Part shown: positions 17,301 through 27,400 of the stretch, piece by piece
Position numbering within the stretch: position 1 is the stretch's first letter
How the letters are laid out: each line of letters starts with the position of its first letter
Origin: an uncultured Candidatus Saccharibacteria bacterium
GTDB lineage: Bacteria > Patescibacteriota > Minisyncoccia > Phycocordibacterales > UBA12088
Assembly (NCBI GenBank): GCA_964459635.1
Contig: CAYWMQ010000001.1
Span: 8,342-72,341 of the forward strand
Length of the DNA stretch: 64,000 nt
Reading direction: 5' to 3'
Notes under the pieces: model-generated
Told to the model about the DNA's origin: nothing
The model's input: only the letters and a program-made list of their open reading frames with translations
The model's database searches: none
Made by a program: the position numbers and the translations under genes

Positions 17301-20300
17301 TTGCGCCCGACCTTGTCATCATCAAAGGTGACGTTGCTCAGTCCGGTGTGTTTGCGTCGAAGCTCATGGCGGGAGACTCTACGGCGTACCTCGATCAGGC
17401 CACCGCTAACTTTGCGGGCGGTATCACCGCACTCGGGACGGACGGTTTTTCGATCGGGACAAACGCGAGCGTGAACAGTGATGGGGTAACGTACTACTGG
17501 ACAGCGTACGGCAACGCCTGGAACCCGGAGACGCACCGCGGCGCTGCGGATTTTGCGCTCGGCGCACACTATGGCAACGGCATTGATGGGCGCGATGTCA
17601 CTCGGATACCGTTCAGCCCGGATCTCGTGGCATTGAAGCGCAACGGTGTAACGGGCGGAACGTGGCGTACGAGTGCACATGCCGGAGACGCGTCGAGCTT
17701 TTTTGCGGCCACCGCAGAGGGGGCAAACCGTGTGCAGGCATTGAACGCAGACGGATTTGAGGTTGGTACAAATGCGGAGGCAAACCTTGCAAACAACATC
17801 TACTGGTCGTTTGCGTTTGCCGAATCAGCCACGTTTGCGGTGGGGACCTACAGTGGTACAGGTGTAAGCCAGACCATTACTGTGGGCTTTCAGCCCTACC
17901 ACCTTTGGGTAAAGCATACCGGTGCCACACGCGGAGTTTCGCGTCCGTACGCCCTTGCGGGGGACGGTGCCTTGCCGTTCATTAGTGCCGGACTCGTGAG
18001 CGGCGCGATCTCGGCCTTTGCACCGACGGGTTTTGCCGTTGATGCCGCGGTGGAAACAAACACGAGTGGCGCGAACAACTACCGCTTTGCTGCTTGGAAG
18101 AAGAACGAGCTTGAGCAGACGCACTATCATTGGCGCTATGACGATGGCGACGAGGACGGCGCAAGCTCCGCGACGGGTGGGGCGGAAGATACGGCCCTGT
18201 CGGATGTGCGCGAGGGCTTGCCGTACCGTCTGCGTATCGGTCTTGCCAATATCGCGAGCGTTGCCGCCAGCTCCACAGGCTTTCGTATTGAGTTTGCTGA
18301 AAAAGGAGCAACCTGCGCAGCGGCTACGGGGTGGGCTCGCGTAGGTGATGCCGGTGGCGCATGGGACCTGTATGACTCACCCAACCTCACCCAAGGTGCG
18401 AACACCACCAACATACCGCTGTCCTCGGGCGGCGTGAGCGATGAAAACGACGACTTCATGTCACCGAATGGCGGCATTGCAGACACGGGTGATGAGACGC
18501 CTGCCTATGTGCTCGCGGCGTCCGAATTTGCGGAGCTTGAGTATGCCCTCACACCCACCGTGTACGCGACAAGTGCCGTAACGTACTGTTTCCGTGTGAC
18601 GGCGCAAGGTACCCCGCTCTCTATGTACTTGCAGTACGCTGAAGCGACATTCCGCACACATGTCACCGCCACCACGCTCGGGACACAGGTGAGTGAGGTC
18701 ATCGTGCCATCAAGCTCAGCATACCTGGGTGGGGCATTTGTGCTCACCGATGCGACCACCGACAGTACGCACTCCATTACGGACATTGAAGTGACCGAAA
18801 GCGGCACCGTGGACGCTGCGGCCCACCTCGACAATATCAAGCTCTTTTATGAGTACGACACGAGCGCTCCATACGACTGCGCGAGCGAGTCGTACGGAGG
18901 CAGTGAAGCACAGTACGGTCTTACTGATAGTGACGGCTTTAGCGGCCAAAACGGCACCTCGGCATTTGCCGGGTCTGTCTCCGCAAGTAGTACTCAAGCG
19001 GTGTGTTTGTACCCGGTGTTGGATGTTGTTGCGGGTGCGCTCTCCGGGCAAACAGTTGAGCTCTCGCTCGCGAGCGCAAGCGCCGTTACGGTGGCGGGCG
19101 GAGAAGTGCCGCGCTTTGCCGAGACGCCTCTGCACCTTTCGGGCGACACGACACTTGTAAGCCCGCTCCTTACGGCTACTCACTACCACTGGCGTTCAGA
19201 CGATGGCTCGGAAGCGACAGCGGGGTCCGCCACAGGTGGCATAGAAGATACGCCACTGCTCAACCTTACGAAAGGTGCGGGTCGGCGGCTTCGTATAGGT
19301 GTGTCAAATGAAGGGCTTGCAACATCGAGCGCAACGTCGTTCCGCGTCGAGTATGCGGAACGCAGCGGTACCTGCAGTGCGACCACAAACGGCTGGACCG
19401 ATGTCGGTGCTGTTGGTGGCGCATGGGATATGTATGACAGTGCCAATCTCACCGAAGGCGCCGATACCACCAACATAGCGCTCGCAAGCGGCGGCGTGAC
19501 GGATGAGAACACTACGTTCCTCACCGCAAACGGCGGCGTTCGAGATACCACATCACAAACGGGGGCGCTTTCGCTCGGGCCCGCCGAACATACCGAGCTT
19601 GAGTACTCGCTCGTGGCACTCGCCGGTGCGTCCGATGGTACGAGTTACTGTTTCCGCGTGACGGATGCGGGAACTCCGCTTCCGGCTGCAGCGGCGCATC
19701 CCGAGGTATTGGTTGCTGCCGACGTGCTGGTATCGAGTTTGGGCACGCATGTAACCGCGGTGCGGGCCGGCGCAAGCGATACGTACATCGCGGGTCCATG
19801 GGTGGTGACCGATCAAGGTGGTGGCCGCAACGTGACCGGTGTGCTTCTCAGCGAAACGGGCTCCGTAGATGGTGCGAACAATCTTGCGAATATTCGTCTT
19901 TACTACGATCTTGATACTTCGGCGCCGTACACCTGTGCGAGCGAATCCTATGCGGCCGGTGATAGCCAGTTTGGTGCCACCTCCACTGCGTTCAGTGCCG
20001 CAAACGGTACCACGAGCTTCAGTGGCTCGGTGGGCATTTCCGGGACGGCGACATTGTGTCTCTATGCAGTGCTTGATGTGCGTAGTACTGCAGAGAACGG
20101 AGAAACCATCACGCTCAGCATTGCGAACCCAAGCACCGACGTGGCCGTGTCTTCGGGTACCGTCAATCCGAACGACCGCGTGGCACCTTCCGGCACTACA
20201 ACCATAGAGCGACAGACGGTGACCCAAGAGCATTACCACTTCAGGCGTGATGATGGCGGAGAGGCGGCGGCAAGTTCTGCGACGGGCGGAAGTGAAGATA

Positions 20301-23300
20301 CTCCTCGTACCGGCATGCAGCCCGGCGTGGTGGAACGACTGCGTATAGCACTTGCAAACCAAGGCGGTACCACAACGCTTGCGTCCACGTATCGGCTTGA
20401 GTACGCGGAGAAGGTGGCCACGTGTGCTGCGGTAGGCGCGTGGCAGACGGTGGGGAGCCCCGGTGCGGTATGGAGTCTTGCTGTGTCGGAGGAGCTTACC
20501 GACGGGAGTGACACCACGAACATCGCGGTTGCGACCGGCGGTGTGACCGACGAGCAAAGTACGTTCTTATCGTCAAATAATGGCGTGCATAACGGCCGGG
20601 CTACAAGTGGCGCGCTCGTACTCGACAGCGATGAGTTTGTGGAGTACGAGTACGTGCTTGAGCCCAACGTGGAAGCGGCAGCGGGTGCCTCGTACTGCTT
20701 CCGTGTCGCGCTCGCCTCGGGTGCCGCACTCGACGCGTACGATACGTACCCCGAAGCAACCCTCGCTGCGGAGCGCGACTTTTTCGTGCAGCGCGGCGTT
20801 GTTGATATTGCAAACGGCACATCGACCGTTTCGCTTGTGGCGGGCACACACTACACTGCGCCGCGCGCAAGTACGTCTGCCTTTATACGCATCACGAACG
20901 CCATGTATACCGGGGCGGGTGCGACCGCAGGCGGCGGCAACCAAAACGCGAACAGCGTCACGACCAGTATTCTGAACCCGAGCGACATACTGACCGGTGT
21001 CACCTTCCGACGTGCCGGCGCGGTCAACTCCACGCGCATCTACTGGGAGCTTGTGGAGTACGTAGGGCCTCCCGGCGGGGACAACGAATTCATAGTGCGC
21101 GCACAGGAGCGCGTAGCGTACGGAGCGGCGGACACAAGCGTGTCGCGCAGCGGCGTACCCGGCGTGGCCGACGATGGCCAGGTCGCCGTATTCATCACCG
21201 GCCAAGAAAATCCGGCAGGTACCCTCACCGACTACCATGCAGGCATCTCCACGGCAGCGTGGACCGGTGCGTCGGACACTGCCACGTTCACCCGTGGCGC
21301 AGCAAACGGGTACGCAGCGGCTCTTTCCTTCGCAGTGATTGAGTGGACTGGCGCAAACTGGCGTGTGCAACGTGTTGAGCATACGCATGGGGTGGCGGGA
21401 GCGAATGAGACTGAAGTCATAGTGCCTGTTAATGATACATCGCGCGCGTTCTTGCATACGCAAAAAAGGGTAGGGGTGGGGCAAGTTGACGAGTTTGGCC
21501 ACCAGGTGTGGCTCTCGGGAGTGGGCGATGTCACCTTTTCCATACCCGCCACGGCCGCAAGTCCGGGCACGCATGTGTCTGTCGCATGGGTCATAGAGAA
21601 CACACAGACAAATGGGTCCCCGATGGTGGTGACACGGTCGAATGGCACGCAAGCGGCGGGCGGCGCTGAGCCTTCAACGTACCCTCTCTCCATAGGTACG
21701 ACCATTTCCGCTACCAACAACGCATCCATCTTTATGAACGTGTGGGGTTTGGGCGACACAACGAACCATCCTCGCGCTATTATGGGCGCGGGCATTACCG
21801 GTACCGCATTTTATGAACTTTGGATATCGGATACGGGATCCGGCCGGACGTACCGTACGGAAGTGGTGGACTGGCCGACAGCGGAGCTTTCTTTTGAGCA
21901 GTACTATTACCGCTGGTATGAAGACAACGACGCCCTTGACCCCACCGATGCATGGCCGAGTACGAGCGGTGTGTTGGGGGAAAACACCGCCATCACACTT
22001 ATGGATGAGCCACCCACCGCGGGGGATGTGCTGCGTTTGCGTACGACGGTGCGCGTGCATGGTGCGAGCCTCTCACGGGAGCTGCGCCGCTTTAAGCTAC
22101 AGTACGCCGCACGCACCACGACGTGTGGTGCTGTTGCGAGTTGGTACGACATAGGGGACAGTGCATCCACGACGTCTCTTTGGCGCGGGTATAATGCATC
22201 GCCTGCGGACGGCACCGCTCTTTCGACCGACCCCCCGACAGTGGGCGACCTTAACCTCTCCGTGTCCATCTCGGGCCGTGCCGGCACGTACGAAGAGTCA
22301 AATCCGACCGCCATAAACCCGTACAAAGCATCGATAGGTGAAACCATAGAGTACGACTGGGTGCTTGAGCCGAACAATGCGCCCGACAAGACGACCTACT
22401 GCTTCCGCATGGTCGAGGAAGATGGGACGGAATATCTGGAGTATACGCACTACCCCACGCTTACGACCGCAGGCTTTGAAGTAGCCCAGCACGCATGGCG
22501 TTGGTATGATGACGCGGATGTTGTCACTCCGCTCGTACCACTGGCAGCTACCAACACAGCGCCCTCGAATGTTGCGCTTGATAACGTGTTCAAATTGCGC
22601 GTGCTGCTCAGTGAAGTGGCGGGAAAAGCCGGCACGGGCGTGAAGTACAAACTGCAGTACTCCGAGTACCCTGATTTCAGCGTGGTCGCCGATGTCGCAT
22701 CGGCGGACGCCTGTGCGCCCGGTTCGCGTTTCTGCTACACGGACGGGGGCGGCGCAGATACGGCACAGATACAGGCCGCAGTGCTCTTTGGTGCGGACAG
22801 CTGTTCAGGTGGCGAGGGGCAGGGGTGTGGTACTCACAACGAGCTTCCGTATACCCCGGACATCGTGGGAGAAACGGGCACTACCAGTGTCACAGCTGCA
22901 GGCATGGTCGTGACACTCGCACATACCTATGACGACCCGGTGTTTATTGTCGAGTCTGTAACGGGTGACCCGAGCGGTGGGGCTGCAAACCGCCCCGCAG
23001 CGGCGTTCCTTACCGCTACGTCCACCTCAAGCTTCACGGTACGTGTGGGCGAGCCGGACGATGAGCCCGATACGCATGGTGCCGAGACGGTGGCGTACCT
23101 TGTGATGGAGCGCGGTGCGTACCAGCTACCCGCCGGCCCGCGCGTGGACGCGAACAGCACCACGACCTCCGCGTACCGCGGGAGCGTCGTCGGCGGCAGT
23201 GCGGGCACGTGCACGTTCGTGCAAGCATTTGATTCCGCCCCTGTGCTTGTTGCGGCACTGCAGAGCAACAACAACACAGGGTCGCCCGACTTTCTCACCG

Positions 23301-24415
23301 CCAGTGTTGAAAGTGTTGCCGCGGCGTCATTCGGCTGCGCGATCGATGTGGCCGATGGGGTGGCGGTCGCGCCTTCGCTCCCCGAGACCATTGGCTGGGT
23401 CGCCTTCTCAAGTGGCACCTTTAAGAGCAATGGTGTTCGTGTGGATGCAACCTCCACCAATGCAAGTATTACCGGATGGACGGACACGCCGTGGTATGAG
23501 TATGTCTGGCCGTACGGCACATGGACCAGCGCGCCGGGGCTGCTCGCAAGCAGGCAGACGCGCAACGGCTCCGATGGCGGTTGGGTGCGTTACGGGGCTT
23601 TGACAAGCCAAGGTGTGCGGCTCGCCGTGGATGAAGCGGATGGCGGCAACAGGTCGCACATCGCTGAAAGCGTGGGCATGCTCGGCTTTTCCCGGAGCGG
23701 CACGCTTTACAGGGCCACTACGTCCGCGAGTACGTTCGAGGCGTATGCGAACAAGGAGTTTGAGTTTACGCTGCGTCACCACGATGCGCGGCCCGGCCGG
23801 ACCTACTACTTCCGACTCTATGACGTGGCAGCCGACAGTCCTGTTACCGCAAGTACGACCCAGGAGGGGTACCCCTCACTTCTAACCGAGAGCGGCACAC
23901 TTTCATTTTCGGTGTTCGGCGTGGCTTCCGGTGTGTCTACCGAGGGTGTGACGACAGATATCACCACCACTCCTCTTTCCGTACCGTTCGGGTCGCTGCC
24001 GCTTGGTACACCGAAGACTGCAGCCCAACGGCTCGTGGTGAGTACAAATGCCGGGCAGGGGTACCAGGTGCTCGCGTTCGAGGTTGGCGCGTTTGAGGCC
24101 GGCGTTGGTGCGAGTATTGCGGATGTGACGGGCACCAACGAGGTCCCGCTCGCGTGGAGTACCGCGTGCGATGTGGGTACATCAAGCTGCTACGGCTACC
24201 ACACCGGCGACGATACACTGTCCGGCGGCTCGCTTCGCTTCTTGCCTGACGACACATACGCCGCCCTTACCAACAGCCCGAAGGAGGTGGCATGGAGCAG
24301 TATACCCGTCACGGCGGAGAGTACAGACATTATATATAGAGTGCGTGCGGGGGCGGGCCAAGAGGCTGGTCACTACGAAAGCAAGATCTCGTACGTGGTC
24401 GTGCCGGTGTTTTAG
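14342..24415 (+). CDS. giant repeat-built surface protein/adhesin (3357 aa) with C-terminal WxL-like domain
   Basis: N-terminal TM/signal ending AQA. Twelve 'G(F)xPDxVxxK' units in two 593-aa super-repeats, five Cys-containing 'QxHYHWRxDDG..YCFR'-type modules, lectin-like units, and C-terminus VPFGSL..STNA.QGYQV..AGHY..ISY. Confidence 0.85.
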   Translation: MSMREWWSGYDVFGHVKRVYFLVRGVFNRCAQALRARISAVGAATIGSTLVLVGIFIFAWPQLAPFLGLGEAQAATYRFQTGYYMGDGGSKAITGLGFTPDLVIIKADTAAGTGAIMKTSVMPQNSVAYLGVATADDVTGQIQLTSDGFVVTGALTNTAGARHVYMAFGGSDCGAGGQFCVGAFTGDGNASQVVSTGFSPDLVLAKPTTAVLASWRSSSMADNVGQYFAAAAEDNTGTLFTTLDGNGFSVGSGNNTPATTYHFVAFREASGSIDVGTYTGDGLDNRALTGVGFAPNFVFSKQTGASSTIFNVSETYGDYSGFFIDAANAADAIQSLDSDGFSLGTSVTANASGVPYHYVAFGGAIAHTASGTFKATSGTYTGNGTGQTIVDLAFEPDLVVIAASGTQYAVFRTRDMGNDSTAFLANAAANFAGGITTLGTNSFTLGNSATVNAAGVEYVWTAYGNAWDPETHTGAADFTVGMYYGNGLDNRDITRLPFAPDFVAVKRSGATQGVWRSSEHSGDLSSFFHGAAEAANNIQALTSDGFEVGTAANVNTAANLYPFFAFATSSSFAVGTYSGTGVAQTVATPLAPAHVWVKQTGAVAGVLKTASTTGSTSLSFANTAPQQDGIEQLTGSGFLVGASTTVNAVGVNNYRYAAWRDTDVRGTSTYRMQTGYFVGNGGSKDITGLGFTPDLVIVKADTNAGTGATWKSSAMPQQVTAHLGSATADNTAGQITLIEGGFRVAGANTSAANTRYTYVAVGGSDCSASGTFCVGRFTGTGAATLSLTTGFSPELVWVKRSTAVLPSWRSSTMAVNVANFFSATAEDATGAYFTTLDGSGFTVGTTNNASGGSYYFVAFSEAAGAVDVGTYTGNLTVDRSIAGVGFSPDWVFTKQTGASAAVYNQRESYGDHSSYFADTANLTDAIQVLEADGFQVGGNSTAHANGVVYHYAALGGALAHAASGTFTTLSGSYVGTGDAGQVTGLGFAPDLVIIKGDVAQSGVFASKLMAGDSTAYLDQATANFAGGITALGTDGFSIGTNASVNSDGVTYYWTAYGNAWNPETHRGAADFALGAHYGNGIDGRDVTRIPFSPDLVALKRNGVTGGTWRTSAHAGDASSFFAATAEGANRVQALNADGFEVGTNAEANLANNIYWSFAFAESATFAVGTYSGTGVSQTITVGFQPYHLWVKHTGATRGVSRPYALAGDGALPFISAGLVSGAISAFAPTGFAVDAAVETNTSGANNYRFAAWKKNELEQTHYHWRYDDGDEDGASSATGGAEDTALSDVREGLPYRLRIGLANIASVAASSTGFRIEFAEKGATCAAATGWARVGDAGGAWDLYDSPNLTQGANTTNIPLSSGGVSDENDDFMSPNGGIADTGDETPAYVLAASEFAELEYALTPTVYATSAVTYCFRVTAQGTPLSMYLQYAEATFRTHVTATTLGTQVSEVIVPSSSAYLGGAFVLTDATTDSTHSITDIEVTESGTVDAAAHLDNIKLFYEYDTSAPYDCASESYGGSEAQYGLTDSDGFSGQNGTSAFAGSVSASSTQAVCLYPVLDVVAGALSGQTVELSLASASAVTVAGGEVPRFAETPLHLSGDTTLVSPLLTATHYHWRSDDGSEATAGSATGGIEDTPLLNLTKGAGRRLRIGVSNEGLATSSATSFRVEYAERSGTCSATTNGWTDVGAVGGAWDMYDSANLTEGADTTNIALASGGVTDENTTFLTANGGVRDTTSQTGALSLGPAEHTELEYSLVALAGASDGTSYCFRVTDAGTPLPAAAAHPEVLVAADVLVSSLGTHVTAVRAGASDTYIAGPWVVTDQGGGRNVTGVLLSETGSVDGANNLANIRLYYDLDTSAPYTCASESYAAGDSQFGATSTAFSAANGTTSFSGSVGISGTATLCLYAVLDVRSTAENGETITLSIANPSTDVAVSSGTVNPNDRVAPSGTTTIERQTVTQEHYHFRRDDGGEAAASSATGGSEDTPRTGMQPGVVERLRIALANQGGTTTLASTYRLEYAEKVATCAAVGAWQTVGSPGAVWSLAVSEELTDGSDTTNIAVATGGVTDEQSTFLSSNNGVHNGRATSGALVLDSDEFVEYEYVLEPNVEAAAGASYCFRVALASGAALDAYDTYPEATLAAERDFFVQRGVVDIANGTSTVSLVAGTHYTAPRASTSAFIRITNAMYTGAGATAGGGNQNANSVTTSILNPSDILTGVTFRRAGAVNSTRIYWELVEYVGPPGGDNEFIVRAQERVAYGAADTSVSRSGVPGVADDGQVAVFITGQENPAGTLTDYHAGISTAAWTGASDTATFTRGAANGYAAALSFAVIEWTGANWRVQRVEHTHGVAGANETEVIVPVNDTSRAFLHTQKRVGVGQVDEFGHQVWLSGVGDVTFSIPATAASPGTHVSVAWVIENTQTNGSPMVVTRSNGTQAAGGAEPSTYPLSIGTTISATNNASIFMNVWGLGDTTNHPRAIMGAGITGTAFYELWISDTGSGRTYRTEVVDWPTAELSFEQYYYRWYEDNDALDPTDAWPSTSGVLGENTAITLMDEPPTAGDVLRLRTTVRVHGASLSRELRRFKLQYAARTTTCGAVASWYDIGDSASTTSLWRGYNASPADGTALSTDPPTVGDLNLSVSISGRAGTYEESNPTAINPYKASIGETIEYDWVLEPNNAPDKTTYCFRMVEEDGTEYLEYTHYPTLTTAGFEVAQHAWRWYDDADVVTPLVPLAATNTAPSNVALDNVFKLRVLLSEVAGKAGTGVKYKLQYSEYPDFSVVADVASADACAPGSRFCYTDGGGADTAQIQAAVLFGADSCSGGEGQGCGTHNELPYTPDIVGETGTTSVTAAGMVVTLAHTYDDPVFIVESVTGDPSGGAANRPAAAFLTATSTSSFTVRVGEPDDEPDTHGAETVAYLVMERGAYQLPAGPRVDANSTTTSAYRGSVVGGSAGTCTFVQAFDSAPVLVAALQSNNNTGSPDFLTASVESVAAASFGCAIDVADGVAVAPSLPETIGWVAFSSGTFKSNGVRVDATSTNASITGWTDTPWYEYVWPYGTWTSAPGLLASRQTRNGSDGGWVRYGALTSQGVRLAVDEADGGNRSHIAESVGMLGFSRSGTLYRATTSASTFEAYANKEFEFTLRHHDARPGRTYYFRLYDVAADSPVTASTTQEGYPSLLTESGTLSFSVFGVASGVSTEGVTTDITTTPLSVPFGSLPLGTPKTAAQRLVVSTNAGQGYQVLAFEVGAFEAGVGASIADVTGTNEVPLAWSTACDVGTSSCYGYHTGDDTLSGGSLRFLPDDTYAALTNSPKEVAWSSIPVTAESTDIIYRVRAGAGQEAGHYESKISYVVVPVF

Positions 24416-24474
24416 GGTGTGTATGAGTGCGCGTACACACGTGGCACAGTGGTATACTTGAGGTGCATCTTGCT

Positions 24475-27400
24475 ATGGGAGAGCGTGCCTATATAAAGAC
24501 AGAGGATGACCCGCTCGCCGGAAAGACGGTCCTTCAGCCGTACGTGTCTGAAGAAGTTCTGCGCGCCTTGTCCGAAGAGGAACTCTTGAACCAAGCGAAC
24601 GCTGCGCGTGTCGCCCTTGGGATGGCGCCATTGTCCGACACAGCGGACGCTGTACAAGCTGATCCACAGCGGAAAGAAGTGATAATTTTGGCTCTCGAAC
24701 GAAATCTTGCTAAGTTTCACGAAACTCAGCAAGGAGAGAGCGGCGATGCCGAGTTTGCCTATGTATACGACCCGCGCAATGGCAGAGGTGAATGGCTTTC
24801 GCGGGAGCAAGCATTGCGTGCAGGTTTCACTGAGCGTGCTGCTTCTGCGGACGATGCAGACGCGCTACGCGCACGTGCCGGAGAGTTGCTTGAACAGGCA
24901 AATCTCCTGAGATCTTCGCTGGTGGGAAACCAGAGCAAACAAAAGGCGCGTCTCGACGTTGCGATCGTGCGCCTTCAGGGGCTTTTGGAGGAAAGGCCAT
25001 CCGATATTGCTGCGCTTGAAGAAAGAGTGCGTGATCTTGAGGAGGAGGTAAGGCGGCAAGAACAGCCGGGCGAAAACCCAACTTCAGACGTACAAAACAA
25101 GAATCCTGCTATACGCGTGAATGAAAGGGACGTTGCGGCTTCTGAGGAAAAAGCTGCGGTTGAGCGACAGGAAGCAGAGCTTCGGGACCTATCAAAAAGA
25201 TTTGAAAGATTTGAAGTAGGCACGGTGTCCGGTGATCAAAACTATTCCCGCGACTATGACCGTGCAGAACATCTACTATTTGAGCTGGAAAAACGTCTGG
25301 AAGGCTCTTCAGAGCAGGTACGGCAAAGTGAGATTCGCCATTTAGAGCGTTTGATTGTAAAGCTTGAAAGAATGCAAGCATCAGCAAAGGCCGGACCTGG
25401 AGCTCCAGAGCCTGCGCCCACCCCTGCCCAAGAAGCGGATCCACACACTGCAGAACGCGCGCGAGCACGTGTATACGAAGAAGTGGCGATGGAAATACTC
25501 GCGCGACTACCCGAGGGCAACGATTGGGAGAAAGCGAAAAAAAGGTTCTTTACCGACGATTGGGAACGAATTACGCGCGAAGTGGGAAGCGAGAGTACCA
25601 CACCTGATTTGAAAAGGCTTATTGTGGAGTACGATCATTTGCGCGCATATGAATGGAACTTAAAAGAGCCGTCTTCGGGCGCAGCCCACACAGAGGCTGC
25701 GGAGCCTACCCCCGCTCCCACACCAGAAGCGGATCCTCACGCGAGCGAGCGTGCAGAGGCGCAGCAGCTCGAAGAAGAGGCGCAGCAGCTCATCGCTACG
25801 CTACCTACGGGCTACGACGCTGCAGATCTGAGCAAGCAGGGTGCGGAAAAAAGTTGGGAAGCGCTTGTGCGGAAAAGTGGCAGTCAAGCAAAGACTCCCG
25901 ACCTTACGGTGCTGCGTGACGCGCTGGAAGAGCTGCGCAGACTTGTTGCACATACGCCACCCAAGGCTCCGGAAAGCCCACATGCCGGATTCAAGATAGA
26001 AAAGGGCGGGAAGGCCGAGATCACGCGTCTGGAAAACTATGTTGCTCTGCGACTTGCTGAACTTCCGGTTACCACTGACGAAGAGAGGGCGCACCATGAC
26101 GTACTTATTGCTGAGTGGAAACATCTAAAAGAGCAGTATGGCTCACATGCAGCCAAACCGGAGTACGAGCACTTAAAAGACTTCGTACTCGCTCATTTGA
26201 AGCTGGGCGGGGTCACGACAGAAGCTGAGCTTGATGCCGTGCTCGGCGTCGTGTCGGACAAGAGCGCACTTGGCACCGAGACCGAGGCTGAGCGCATTAC
26301 AGCGCTCGCACAGGAGCGGGAAGAGAATCACCTTCGGACGCGCGAGGCATATGGCGCAGAAATTCGCGAGGCGCGAGAGAGGTACCAAGGCTACCGTAAG
26401 GAGCTTCTTGATGCGGAGGAAGCGTATCTTAATGCGGTTACGGCCCACCGGGAAGGCACCAAGTACTTTAAGGGGCTGCGCAACAGGCTCTTGCGCAACA
26501 CTGAGGGTCAGGAGCAGATCGCTAAGCTTGAAAGAGATATGCGAGCTGCGCAGGTGGAGTTTGAGACAAAGCTTAATGAAATGAAAGCTGAGCGCGCCGA
26601 ACGCCTGGGACTCACGCATCGCTTGCTTGAAATGAGCTACCAACGGCGGTTGGGTGGTGAGAACGATCCCGCCGCCCATCCGGAGCGCCGCAAAGCGCAG
26701 CGCGAGGCGAAATTTGCTGCGCTCCACGAAGCTCTGGTGCTGCGCTCTACTTCTACGATGCTGGAGCTTGCGCAGGGAATCGGCGGCAAGGAGGAGCTTG
26801 ATATCGCGGTGGCAAGCCGCGTGGGTGTGAGGAGGGAAGACTTGAGTGAAGGAACGCGGGATGCGTCCGGCGTGCTCACGCCCGAGGCACAGGTACGCGC
26901 CACCGCGCGCAAAGAGCACTGGGCGGAGCTTGAAAAAGCGGTCGGCGAACGCAAGGACCCCTCCCGCCTCGTGCGTACGTACAAGGCGGGGATGCGGTAT
27001 TACCGGAGCATACCAAAAGAAAAGCAGCTTGCCATACGTATGCTGGGTGGTGGTGCTGTAGGTCTCGTGGTGGGCGGTGGCGCAGGGGCGGCCGCGTACA
27101 TGGCGGCGCGCGCAGGCGCAGGCTTCTTCGGAGGTGCACTTATGGCGGGCGCCGTGTCAAAAAAACTTTTTGGAGCTACCGAGCGGCACATAGCTCGCAG
27201 TAAAAAGGGTATATTGGAGAGCGACACCATGACTCTTGCGGATAAACAGCACGAGTACATGGCCATGCGCAGGAGAGAGCGCAACATGAAGCGGGGCGCA
27301 ATGGCCCTCACAGGCGCAGCGGCATTTGCTGCCGGCGCATCCGCAGGACAGGCGGTAAACGAGGTTGCCATGAGCGGCCTTTCGCTTGAGTCCATCGGAC

